From: Eledone cirrhosa
Lineage: Eukaryota
DNA: 64,000 nucleotides
Assembly (NCBI GenBank): GCA_964016885.1
Contig: OZ024741.1
Span: forward strand, 374,976,001 to 375,040,000
Reading direction: 5' to 3'
The translations under genes were made by a program, and so were the position numbers. Of the stretch, positions 1-15,614 are shown piece by piece. The notes beneath the pieces were generated by a model. The model was given only the letters and a program-made list of their open reading frames with translations, was not told the origin of the DNA and did not search any database. How positions within the stretch are numbered: position 1 is the first letter of the stretch; each line of letters opens with the position of its first letter.

Positions 1-5
1 ATATG

Positions 6-42
<37 letters not shown>

Positions 43-350
43 ATGTATATATATATATATATGTATATAGGTTTAATTTTACTACTAATTATGTGCGGTT
101 GATGGTATATTTGATCGGATTCCGCATGCTGCCGAAATGTTTGATAAATAGTGGAACGGAGCTGCCGCGAAGAGGCCACGATCGATTGTTTGTCAGGGAT
201 TTCCCCGTAAGAAAATTTATTCTTAAAGCTTGCTAGATTTGATTTTGTATATGGTTAATTATGCTAATTAGAGGAAGAAATAGTATATATTTTAATATCT
301 GATTGATTCTTTAGACATGATTTATGATATATATATATATATATATATAT

Positions 351-539
351 AATTAGAAAGTGAGGTCTTTTTACAAAATGAAAAATAACCGAGGTGTATA
401 AGGAAAAAAAGATGAAATCGAAAATGCAACTGGAGTCTTATTTAAAAATATATATATATATTTATTTGGTTCCTTTACCAGTTTCGCAGTTCTTCTGCTT
501 TTCAAAAGTAGAGTTGAGATGGAGGGTCTGTGGTTTTTC

Positions 540-543
<4 letters not shown>
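351..543 (-). mobile_element. Partial copy of dispersed repeat family X (3' part)
   Basis: Reverse complement of ~54917-55127; flanked by (TA)n on both sides. Confidence 0.8.
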
Positions 544-583
<40 letters not shown>

Positions 584-674
584 AACATGAATGGACCTGT
601 CATTTTTATCTAAAGACATTTTTCCTATTCCACCCCACCATCTCTTCAATCTATCTTATTTCTCATTCTTTCTT

Positions 675-703
675 CTGATGAAGGACTAGCGTCCAAAACA
701 TTA
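675..703 (+). ncRNA. Decayed minimal hammerhead core (PLE-end type)
   Basis: CTGATGA a ggac-tagc-gtcc AAAACATT, consistent with CpG decay of ...gtccGAAACGTT. No clear stem I. Confidence 0.3.
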
Positions 704-794
704 AAACCCTCTTCCTGCTATTTGCTATTTCAAGCGTTAACCTAATATATTCCTTGCATATACTGTACCGATTGTGTTGTTATTTCTGTTTACC

Positions 795-948
<154 letters not shown>

Positions 949-1354
949 ATTGTTATACTTTAGGAGAGTCATGCTGCCAATAAAAACACACGCACTAGTT
1001 CGGTTTTATTACTAGTCCTATAATAACGTGCTGGGTTAGCAGAATTAGTAGAGAATAGGATAAAATCTCCTGAGGTATTGCATACTGAACTGGGTCGATA
1101 AAATAAGATAGCAGTTAAATACTGGGATTCATTTAATCAGTTTTGCCATCTCCCGAATTCGCTGACCTTCTGCCTAAATCAGAAAACATTCAGCTAACTA
1201 ATCCATTCCTCTATTATTTTAGTAACACAACAGTTATATAATTGTCAAAGATTTTCTTCACATATTGATATTATCTACGACTATTCGTATTCCTTTGAGG
1301 CCTCTCTTCGTTTTCATTTTGTTTTATTTACTCCATCTTATCTTACTGTGGTTA

Positions 1355-2198
1355 CTAAACTAACCAAAGCATAGATTAGTTGCGTGACTAATAATAAAAC
1401 CGAAGTGAAACATAACTTGTGCATAACGGTAGCATGACCCTCTCAAAGTATAACAATAAAAGATAGTATATTCACAGACATTCTATGAAGAACCGTAGAC
1501 TAGAAAACACAACAACGCTGGCCAATAAAATCTGGCAGCTTAAAGACACAAACCAAGAATACGGGATTAGCTGGTCGAAATTATCGGGAGCAAAGGCCAC
1601 AGAAATGGAATGTCCCACTGCGGACTTTGCAATACGGAGCTGTTCTATATTTTAAAGTATGGCAAAATGTTGCTTAACAGCAAAATAGAACGATTAATTT
1701 TCTGTAGGCACAAAGCAGCTACTAAATTCGCAAATTTCAAACCAACATAATTCGATCCAGCAATCCCATAATTCAAGCTGAACAACCCAGAGTCTATTAT
1801 AATAACTACATAGCAACCCACTATTATTAACTGTCAACAGACCAACTAATCACTAAATCAACATCATAAACTTCCTAACCTTTCTTTCACTTTCTTTCAC
1901 TCCCTCCCCCTAAAGCTATTTCACCTCTTCCCTTGTATCCTATCCTGTATCTATTAACCTCTAACCTAACTTCTAATTTATTAATTTATCTTTTATAAGT
2001 TATTTATCGTTATATTCTTTCTTCCTATTCTAACCATATGTGATTTAACCAATACATATGTATATATTTAATATTTATTTTCATGTTAATACTATTCCTA
2101 CCCTCATCACATCTTTATACTTACACACTACTATAACTTTAACCACCACCACCACTATTTTTTCAACAATCATATTATGTTCATATATTTTTTTCACG

Positions 2199-2229
<31 letters not shown>

Positions 2230-2530
2230 TTACTTATTTTTTATCATCTTCATTCTAATTTCTTTATTATTATTTTTTATTTTTATTTTTCTTTCTTTAT
2301 TATTGATGTTGTTATTTGAATTTTCCGTAGTATAAATACAAACAACGAGTGTAATTTTGTCAGTTATTCCGATGATTTGATTAGGCATACACTGTATTGA
2401 AGGTTGAGTGACACAACTTCGAGTGATTAGCAACCTTTAGACATCCTAATCAATGAAACAATTGTTAATACTGTAAATAAAACCCTTTTTGTACTGTTGA
2501 CCATGTTATTCTTCACTCTTTCAATATATA
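1355..2530 (+). mobile_element. Penelope-like element 3' fragment (Naiad-type GIY-YIG endonuclease C-terminus plus 3' region with hammerhead motif), decayed
   Basis: 1473-1750 translates, with one frameshift, to HRHSMKNRRLENTTTLANKIWQLKDTNQEYGISWSKL..RNGMSHCGLCNTELFYILKYGKMLLNSKIERLIFCRHK...stop. This matches the PLE pattern T.L..IW.LK..W..C.LC..E...I..LLN...E...CRH. A hammerhead motif follows downstream. Confidence 0.75.
2361..2473 (+). ncRNA. Type I hammerhead ribozyme motif (degenerate, long stem II) in the PLE 3' region
   Basis: Stem I cagttatt/aatactg; core CCGATGA (canonical CTGATGA); stem II ttgattagg/cctaatcaa with inner aaggttg/caacctt; GAAAC-aatt-GTT. Confidence 0.55.
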
Positions 2531-3293
2531 TCTGTTAGACACGCAGTGACGAACAGCAGAATGTTTTAAGTCTGCGTGTCTGACATGTGACATACATGCG
2601 TAGCTTGTGAATAAAAATTTCAAGGGGTATCGCTGGCCGTGGTGATCCCTGCCAGACATATTTTGTAATATTTTGTCTTATTGGCTAATTTCATCGTCTT
2701 ATTGGCTAATCAACCAACGAGAGTAATTGTTGCTCAAAAGCATCCGCCATTTTATTTGCACGTTTATTTATCGTTTCGCTTTCGAATCTTCCTCTAGTAT
2801 TTCGCGGTTTATCATCAAAATATTTTTCTCGTTTTCGTAAGTTATATTGTTAATTTATATATGATTTTTTAAATTTATATTAACTATTTTTTTTTCAGTT
2901 CGTTATAACATGCTTATAATATTGGTTGTATCATATTTACTTGTATATTTGTCCATATTATTGTTCGTTTTATGTTAGATTATTTTATTATTATTATGTT
3001 AGATTATTTTTTATTATTATGTTAGACTATTTGTATGTAATATTTAATTTTTATTAATTTAACTATAGCAATTATTATGTAAAATATATTTATTTAATAT
3101 TGATTGTTTTTTGTAGTTGTTTATATTAAAAGTCTGAAAATATTTTTATACACCTTACAATAATATTTATAAGATCATTTATAAAATAACAATTATATAA
3201 TCTAATTACATTATAACGATAATGTAATTTATTATTAATATATATATCCTGTTTAACTAGAGTTATTACAAGCGTTGCCTTAAAAAAAATTAA

Positions 3294-3738
3294 ACTAGAC
3301 CTGAAAAATGCGCAAGCTCAAAAGATCCACAGAATGTTATAATAAACCTTCAAAAGTGTTGGTCTAGAGTTGTTGCTCAAAAATATTGTAATCATTATTT
3401 ATCGTACACTCTGTGGCATCCTTTTATAAAAAAGAGGCTCATAACGAACTCAAGACGACACGATAATTATTTAAGTGAATTTATAATATAGAATTCAGTT
3501 TAAGTGCATTTCGTATTAATCATTACTAAACATCTAATATGAGATATTGAACATTAGCTTAAATAATTATCATCTCGTCTTGAGTTCGTTATGAGTCTCT
3601 TTTTTATAAAGGATGCCACAGAGTGTACCATAGATAATGATTACAATATTTTTGAGCAACAACTCTAGTCCCACACTTTTGAAGGTTTATTATAACATTC
3701 TGTGGCTCTTTTGAGCTTGCGCATTTTTCAGGTCAAGT
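3294..3738. mobile_element. Foldback/MITE-like long inverted repeat (~180-bp arms, 82-bp spacer)
   Basis: 3294-3475 is the near-perfect reverse complement of 3558-3738. Confidence 0.85.
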
Positions 3739-3746
3739 ATGTAATA

Positions 3747-4387
<641 letters not shown>

Positions 4388-4496
4388 GTGTTTTATACAC
4401 ACACACATATATATATGAAACATTACCAGACAAGACACCAACGCGCAATTTCAACACACACATACGCACACACACATATATATATGCATGTATAGG

Positions 4497-5413
<917 letters not shown>

Positions 5414-5763
5414 AAGTTCTTTTTTAATGAAGCGAAAACAAATTTTCAAAGATGTTGCTTTAATAACTTGAAAATCCAACTATCGCACAAATTTAAGTCG
5501 GGACTATCGGGTGATTGTTTGATCATTGCCTCACTTCTCCCGAGGAAAAAATCTTTTGTGGACTGAGAAGTTTGATGTGTGTATTATAAACTCACAAGAA
5601 TGATAGCAAAATAATTATGCATAGGCCTGTGACAAAATACAACATTCATACAGAATATCACACGCATACACAAAGTTCAAAGTCCAACTAATATTAACTA
5701 CATTTACTGCTATATACGGCACACAGCTTACTATTCTAAAGACGACTCTATTGCAACGCCAAG

Positions 5764-5893
<130 letters not shown>

Positions 5894-6495
5894 TATATAT
5901 ATAATTATATATATAGTTATATATGTAGATAAATCTACCAAAATATACGATAGTGTCCAATCCGTATGAAGAACTCAATGTAATCCAAATATCATGAAAA
6001 GAGATGATGTATTCAAAATTTTTTCAATGAAAAACACAGGAAAACAGAGTCAAGATAAATTAATAAAAATAATGAATAAAAACAAAGAAACAGTTCCTTA
6101 TATTAACAAATTCATCATTTTACGATCGTTTCTAGGATATATATGTGTGTGTTGGTATGTATATCATATAGATCTATGTAAAATGTTTACAAACTATCAG
6201 AGGGAATATACATACCTACACATATATATGCTGTCTTCAGAAATAATGATATTTGTTTATTGAAAAAAATCAACAAAGATTTAATATAATAGGTCTGTTT
6301 GGGAACAGGTTTTGAATTGACCAATAGAAAGGTAGTAAGTCCCAATAACCTTTTTTAGTTATTGCTCGCACCAACCTGAGGTATCTGATTTTTAATGCGA
6401 TGAAATACCAATGATGGTTGGAAAATCACTGACGAAGGACTATTTTTATCATATGTAACCCATGTGCAAACCACGCAGTATTCTTCTTTCTTCTC

Positions 6496-6548
<53 letters not shown>

Positions 6549-6606
6549 GTGTATATATGTATATATGTATATATGTATATATATATACGTAAAGTAAAAA
6601 GAAATT

Positions 6607-6663
<57 letters not shown>

Positions 6664-6684
6664 GCACACAAATAAACATACATA

Positions 6685-7688
<1,004 letters not shown>

Positions 7689-7691
7689 TTA

Positions 7692-7735
<44 letters not shown>

Positions 7736-7862
7736 TAATATATATATACATATACATATATATATATATACATATATATACATATATATATACATATATA
7801 AGTTTATCCCGGGTTCAATCGGGGTAACCACAGTAAGTAAAATAAATATTTAATATAGAAAA

Positions 7863-7913
7863 GGCTTCTACAGGACTATAACTGTTTAATTCGGTAGCAA
7901 TCATCAGGAAGCC
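7863..7913 (-). ncRNA. Type I hammerhead ribozyme motif (degenerate)
   Basis: Minus strand reads ggcttc CTGATGA ttgctaccgaat TAAAC ag-ttatagtc-ct GTA gaagcc. Stem I ggcttc/gaagcc and stem III acag/ctgt pair; GAAA is mutated to TAAA. Confidence 0.5.
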
Positions 7914-8051
7914 CTGATATACATATATATATATGTAAATATATATTTATAGAGAGAGAGCGCTTGCCAACACAAATCGGAAGTTGCGTTTCGCTAATTT
8001 CTACTCGCCGAAATGCGATTCTCGCTAAATTTATATTTGTGTGTGTGTGTG

Positions 8052-8640
<589 letters not shown>

Positions 8641-9254
8641 AAAGATAGGTTGGCAGTTCAAGTCCAAATGTTGAGCTGAGGCCTAAGCCACCGAACTTTA
8701 AGGAGAGTTTCACCCGTTGCCTTCGTGGGATCGATCCAGGAATCATCTTGTGAAGCGAACTAGTTAACCACCCAGCCATATATAGAAAACCTGCCGGATG
8801 TTCGGGTATTTTACAGAAGCTAGATTACATTCAAAACAAAACTATACTTTCTTCGCATTGAGTTCTTTAATCTATGACTGATCTACGTGTGGCTTAGTTG
8901 GACTCACGATCATGACATTGTAGGTTTGGTTTCTGGGCCATATAGCACCTTATATTCTTGAGCAAGATGCTTAATTTCATATTATTTTCCAAATACAACT
9001 GGAGGTCCTTTTGTTAAAATACTCGAGAAGCCTCCCATGAGGTGCGACCTAGGATGAACCCAGGTAAAACTTGTCTAAGGGTTTAACTTGTAATTTTTTT
9101 TCAATACACCGAAGATTATGTTAGAAATGTTTTATATATATTTCCCTACGTAAATGTATACTCTTTAGCTCTTTTACTGATTTCAGTCATTAGACTGCGA
9201 ACATGCTGGAGCACTACCGCGAAGCCATTCCACCCATCATATCAACACCAGTAT

Positions 9255-9585
9255 TTGTGAAGACGTGTAGCACACTGGTTAGGTTGTTTGACTGAAGATT
9301 GTAAGGTGGTAATTTCGATTCCTGGTGACGCGTGTGACATTGAACAAGGCACTTTATATTTCTCGTTACTCATGTTCATTCAGCTGGCAAAAATGCGTTT
9401 TAACTACAATTCAAAAGGCCAGCCTAGTCGCATGCTGCGCCACGCTGAATCTCTCTGGGTACTACTGTGGAATGTTCAGACACTTGTATCTTAATTTAAA
9501 TAGCATGCTATTCCGTTGATCAAACAACTGAAACACTTGGAACTGACTAAACTAATGATTTGCTCATCAATGACCGACGTTTGAC
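9255..9585 (+). mobile_element. SINE family B, degraded copy
   Basis: Colinear with 57633-57964 (gtgaag.cg.gt..., ttcgattcc, cactttat.ttc.cgtt.ctc, gctggcaaaaatg, aattcaaaaggccagcc, gaatctc). Confidence 0.7.
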
Positions 9586-10379
9586 AGCCATGGCCCTAAT
9601 TTCAATTTAATTAAAAACTATAGCAACAAAATGTACTACTGTTGCAAAAGCCATCAAGTCAACTAACGAAATCAGAATGGTTTTGTTTGTATTATATCAA
9701 CAAAACGGCCTTGTTTGTACTATGTCAACAAAATGGCCGTGTTTGTATTATAAGAAAGGAATGGACCCTCGTCGATCTCAACGATGAGTCAAACAATTCT
9801 TTGTTTAACAGGGCGGCCTGCTCAGGAAATTAACATGTAAGTGGCCAAGTATTCCACAGACACATGTACGCTTCTTGGGAAGATTCAACGTGTAATTGTG
9901 TGACAGTTATAGTCCTCCAGACGGGATTCCACACAGTTTCCATCAACCCAATTTCACTTCCAAAGTTTGGATCGACTCAAAGCTATAGCAAGTGACCTTT
10001 GCCCAAGATGCCATACAGTGAGCTCGAACCTGGGGCATAATCATTGTGAAACGAAGTCCTTAACCATTCGGCCATGCTGCGACGACATCTATATAGTACT
10101 ATAAGACTGTGATTGCTTGCTTGTCTGTAATGTAATACAGCCAAAAGGACGCATAATAGGAAAATACTTTGAAAGGAAGTTGACCCTGAAATACGAATAC
10201 AAATGGAATAAAACAAGTTTCACGTAAATCGGAGAACGGGTTCCAGAGATATGGGGTTTTCTGGGTACCTTCATAAATAGAGAGAGAGAGAAGGATAGAA
10301 AGAAAGAGATAGTGATTGTGAGAGAGTAGATTGAAAGAGAGATATAGAGAGAGGGAGACAGAAGGAGACAGAGAAGGAG

Positions 10380-10433
<54 letters not shown>

Positions 10434-10687
10434 GGTGGAGTTGTGTGTGTATATATATATATATGTGTGTGAGTATGTGTGTATATGTGTGTGTGTTTAT
10501 GACCAGTGTATATAGATCACAGACACCCCCTCCCCCCACACACACATATATATATACATACATACACACACGTATATATATGGACCTTCCAGTTTCATTT
10601 CACATTATATACATGTCTGTGTATATTTTAATTATTTAAAAATTATTTTAAAGTGAACAACATTAAAAAAAAGTATGTTGAAGTGAA

Positions 10688-10716
10688 CGTGACCCAACGG
10701 GTCACGGGTGGTCTAG
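10688..10716 (+). mobile_element. Helitron-like 3' terminus
   Basis: Perfect hairpin cgtgaccc-aac-gggtcacg followed 6 nt later by CTAG|T. Confidence 0.55.
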
Positions 10717-10849
10717 TATGTATTAAAAGTCTTCATTTAAGAGGTAACATGATATCCAGGAATTAGTAATGTACTTTACAAATGTAGTTTACATGTATAC
10801 TTAAAAGTAGATCAGTACATCTATATTGCAGCTATATCTTATACACTTG

Positions 10850-11172
10850 TAGACGCATCATAGCCGAATGGTTAAGAAGTTCGCTTCGTAATTATATAGT
10901 CCTGGGTTTAATCTTCCCGTTTGGCATCTTTTTGTCAACCCCCAAGCCAAGCAAGTGAAACTAGGTAGATGGAAACGGTCTGGAAGCTCGTCGCATGGGC
11001 TGTACCTGTAATTCAAAGGGCTAGTATTGTCATATATTGTGTCACACCAAATCTCCCCTACGAATTACGCTAAAATTACAGGTGACTGACTATTAATTTC
11101 ACGAGCTGGATCTTCCATTCACCGAGCAACCGGAATACTCCTCATGGAAACCGACGGAGGTCCATTCCATTC
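10850..11172 (+). mobile_element. SINE family B-related copy, degraded, TTCCA tail
   Basis: tRNA-like head; gtacctgtaattcaaaggg...accgacggag..tccattccattc matches the 3' half of 57633-57964. Confidence 0.65.
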
Positions 11173-11848
11173 TATATCTCCCACCTACTCTCATTCGGAC
11201 ATGAACTACGCTACTCTCGAAGTTTGAACATAGATATACATTAGCTCTGTAAACTAGATATCATTTTCACAAGAAGGTTAGGAATAATATCGATCGATAT
11301 TATTAGGAATAATTTCGATTACTAGCATGAATGAAGAGACAAATTTACCACGGTGGGAACCCATTAACATGACAACTTAACAGTGTTCGATATAAATATT
11401 TTGATACTGTAGACTTCCTATATTGTCCCTATTTCCTAAACTATTCATGATATTCTAAAACAAATGACACTCAATACATAATTGACATTCAAATGATGAA
11501 GTGTAAGGAGAACAGAGACAGTTAAACGGGATAATATTTACCCATTTGATTGACTTCCAATCAATGATTTTTGCACATAGAACGGACACGGCAAGCCGGG
11601 GAAACAAATCACGGTGATGTATGTCGTCATTTCAATTATACAGCAACCTCATAACTTGTACATTGCCTATCTATACAAACAAGCTTTCACTTTTGTTTAC
11701 TCGAAGAAATTTATATTAATATAAGATTTTGTACAAGTTATATACAGAAATAACTTTTTTATTATTAACAAAGCTATTCATTTGCTAAGAAACACAATAA
11801 TTTCCATAATACTTCAGTTTTTGAAGTTGCACTTGTTTGGCGACTTGA

Positions 11849-12060
11849 CGGCGGTGAATAGCCAGAGTCGTTAGATTAATTACTTTAGTATTTATTCCGG
11901 CTCTCTGTGCTGTGTTTTGAGTTCAAATCAGGCTTCCGGATTTCTGTGCTGTGCCCCGAGTTCGAATCACGCTTTCGGCTCTGTGTGCTGTGTTCTAAGG
12001 TCAAATCACGTTAAGATCAATTTTGCCTTTCATCCTTTCGGAGTCGATAAATAAAGTACC
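11849..12060 (+). mobile_element. SINE family A-related copy with triplicated B-box segment
   Basis: Three ~39-bp units (ccggctctctgtgctgtg...gagttcaaatca) precede tttgcctttcatcctttcggagtcgataaa. Confidence 0.75.
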
Positions 12061-12289
12061 TATTCAGAGATGGTGGATTAGTGGAATTCTTTTAAAAATC
12101 GATCAGGTTGCTTTCAGGCATTTAATCCAGCTGTGTGTGTTCTAATTTCCAATCCCGTCCCCTGTCAGAAGTTGCAACCGACAGACAGTATCAGAAATAG
12201 AAAGAGCAATGGAAACATAATTTCTTTGGTCCGATCTGACTATCAGCTTCTTTCCCTTTTTTTAGAAAAGCCAATAAAAAGATGCCATC

Positions 12290-13900
12290 ACATTGACAAC
12301 AAAAATGAAATTCCCCAATAGGAGGAGACCTCTGAGGGTCAAACGTAGTGAAAGCTCACAAAAAGCCACGGTCACCCTGATAGCTAGGGCAAGTGCCTTC
12401 TCCCACTTGTCCTTCTCCAATCTACAGGTACATGCTCAGACGTTCACTCAGACCATGCTGGTCACTCTCACTCACTTTTCAGCAAATTTTCTAGAAGGCA
12501 GCATCTCATCCCCAATTTCATTTTCAATTGAAACTTGAATTACTTTATGAGGCTAAACAGTGCTTCTCTTTAACCGTTGTAATTTTGTCTATGACACAAT
12601 TTCTTTCACCATAACCACTAGACAGATAAACTCTGCCTGCCTTTCCAATCGAAAGGAAGGTGACGGGAAGATCTCATTGGACTCAGTTGATAACCGGTTC
12701 TATCTTAAATGTGATAGCTAGTGTTCAACATAACTCCACAAGTCAGTAATGTTCGGGCCATGGGCGCATGCGTGCAGGACAGGTTTGTCGAATTGCGCGC
12801 ATTTCGGACAGGCGCGGCTGACGGCATTTCCATGCTTGTAAAATTTATACACAACCAGGTTAGGAACTTCTGGAAATAATTTATGGGCCCTTGGCCGAAA
12901 GTCCTCCGGATAATACAAAAGCCAATTGATTTTCGTCGACGCCCAAAAATCTACATGAAATGGTCGTCGATTTTACTCGTCACCAATCTTCTATAGAACA
13001 CCAAAGTGAATCTTCCACTGACCGCATTGCCTGATTGGTAGAGGACTGTGAGTGTTTGACAACATTCTAGTTGTTAATTGTCCCGTCTCGGTTTTTGCTT
13101 GACACAGGACTATATCTTTGTCAAAGAGTGGTACTGGGGAATGACGTGTCTAACAAATGGTGACCACTACGGTTCACCGTCAAAGAAATACTGAAGATGT
13201 CGCAGCCTCAGAGCATATCTGTGCATCATCAGCTACGGCACATCTAGTCAGACATACAGTGGATGTTGGTAATAAATAGAGAACCTGGGCAGTGGAATGC
13301 GTTCGTTTCACAAAATGTGAAAGAGTAGATGCTCCAGTCCGGTTTGACGTAAACTGGAACAAGATATGATGCTCTGGCGCGAATATATAATGGGGGAAAT
13401 GTTGGCGTTCCCCACATCTGTCTGACCCCTTTTAGAAATAGCTTGCAGGCGGCCCATTTCTGGGAGAGTCTAACCACTTTGTCCCAGTGTCCATCCCAGT
13501 GTCCATATGGATCAAACTAGACTCCGGTCTTCCCGTACAGCGCTCCACCACGCTGTTGGACGACAGTGATCTGCCTCTCCAGGGGCTGAGCAGTAGGCCT
13601 ACCGATTTTTTCCAGTTAGCTTTTGCTCTTGTTACTACCTAGCACATCCTTGATACTACAGGGTTCTGATACATTGCTACTTACTCTAACCAGAAGCGCT
13701 GTACCCCAAAAGACGGAACCGAAACCGGCCGCTGTGAGGACAGCGGCCAAGTGTGATGGTTGATCTTATCGAAGACTTTTGGTTGATCTAAATTGATCAG
13801 TGCCTTACTGGAGTTAGGTACCTTACCCATCCTCTCATTGGAGTGTGAAGTTTGAAAGTGGTTGGATTTGTGCTCTATATAAGGTTCAATAGGGATATGA
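12290..13900 (-). mobile_element. Tx1/L1-clade LINE ORF2 remnant, heavily decayed
   Basis: LINLDQPKVFDKINH (RT) and KFYKHGNAVSRACPKCA..VLHA..PNITDLWSYVEH (CCHC region); homologous to 51715-54295. Confidence 0.8.
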
Positions 13901-14097
13901 TTTGGGTTTCCCGAGAGGAGGTCTGTGAAAATGTATGGTGCTGTAAATATCGCTTCCTAAATTAGACACAAGGCCAGCAAATTTATGGGAAGGGCACAGT
14001 TGATTTTTGACTTGATGTTTACATATGCATCAACATCACAGCTTCCAACTTCTCTGCAACTTCTTATAGATATCAGATTTCGCATCAATAGATATTG

Positions 14098-14500
14098 ATT
14101 GTTGCTTAGTCCCAGATCAGCTCTGCTTTAGTTGACCTACGATGAAAGGTTGTTGTTTAGCTCTAGATCAGCCCTACTTTAGCAATGCTATGGGCAAACA
14201 TCGTTGTTTAGCTCCAGATCAGACCTGGTTTAGTTGAACTACGGCCAAAAGTAAGGTTGTTGTTTATCCCTAGTTCAGCAGTGCTATGGTCAAAAGTTGA
14301 TGTTTAGCTCTAGATCAGACTTAATTTAATAGTGCTATGGTCAAAAGTTGATGTTTAGCTCTAGATCAGACCTAATTTAACAGTGCTCTGGTCAAAAGAT
14401 GTTGTTTAGCTCTAGATCAGACCTGATTTAGCTGTGCTATAGTTAAAAGTTGATGTTTAGCTCTAGATCAGACCTTGTTTAGCAGTGCTATGGTTAAAGG
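14098..14500. repeat. 51-bp tandem repeat, ~8 copies
   Basis: Unit gttgatgtttagctctagatcagacctaatttaacagtgctatggtcaaaa; period 51 (14296, 14347). Confidence 0.85.
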
Positions 14501-15192
14501 CCTTCAAGATGTGACAATTCCACCTTTTTAATAGAAAGTGTCCCTTACATTATCCCATATTCCCACCTTTTTAAAAGGGAGTAAGTAGGGTGTGATTTCA
14601 GGTTACCTTAGCTGCTATTTCCAGCAGATAAAGAAGCGCGTAGAGGAGCGCTCGTTGACTCGTCGTCATAGGTCTAGTGACAGTATATGCCATACATGCA
14701 CTGCATGTTTTATGGACAACATATAATATATTGACAGTAAGTGGTATACGGACAACGGATAATAAATAAAATAGAATAAGAAAACATTACAGCAATACAA
14801 CAGGAGGAAACATAATAGTATCACTGATGATGTCACTGATGATGTCACAGGTGTGTGACGAAAGAACTCTGAGAGACTATATTGATATCTATATTTTTAA
14901 CTGTTGGTCAATTTATGACAAACATTGATTGCCAGTTAATTAATTATAGAAATATAAAATATACTGAAGCGAAAACCAACCCAAACCAATCAGTGAGTGT
15001 GTTTTATTATATATTTCTGGCAATATGACGTACATGGGACACGAACGCACATCTGAGGCTATCATGACCACTGTGGTCATGATAGCTCTAACTATTAGGC
15101 TAATTTACTTAGTGAAATAGAGCTTCCGCCGTATTTTTTACTATCTAATTTTCTAGCATTGTTATATTTGGGGAGGGTCATGTTGTTATTAT

Positions 15193-15337
15193 ATTTGTTT
15201 CTACTTTTGGCACAAGGCCAGCAATTACCCCAGTGTATTACTGGTACTTTATTTCATCCTTACGGGGTCGATAAAATAAAGTACCAGTAATACACTGGTT
15301 TAATTGCTGGCCTTGTGCCAAAAGTAGAAACAATTAT
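15193..15337. mobile_element. Two SINE A 3' ends fused back-to-back (palindrome)
   Basis: An inverted tail (ttgtttctacttttggcac...gtactttattt) is joined to a forward catccttacggggtcgat...aaaagtagaaacaatta. Confidence 0.85.
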
Positions 15338-15614
15338 TTATTCAAAGTAATCCAACTTATTTTACTAACGACACATATTCCGGACACAGTCCCGCACTCC
15401 TTCCTTTATTATATTATGATATTTGTTTCAACACACGATTTCATATAAAAAAAACCTTGCAAAACAAATACATCGACGGGTTGTTGATAAATCTACGAAT
15501 GTAGAACATTCTTGGCTGTTAATGGCGACCTCTATAACACAAAAATGTCAAAGTTCAGTTGAAGAAAGAGGCGAAATAAACTGTGATTGTTTGCTATGTT
15601 ACCACTTAGAAACG

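Noticed and set aside
1610-1640. Selenocysteine recoding as reported for some Naiad elements
   Set aside because: The CxxC codons are TGC, not TGA, and no SECIS could be identified by eye.
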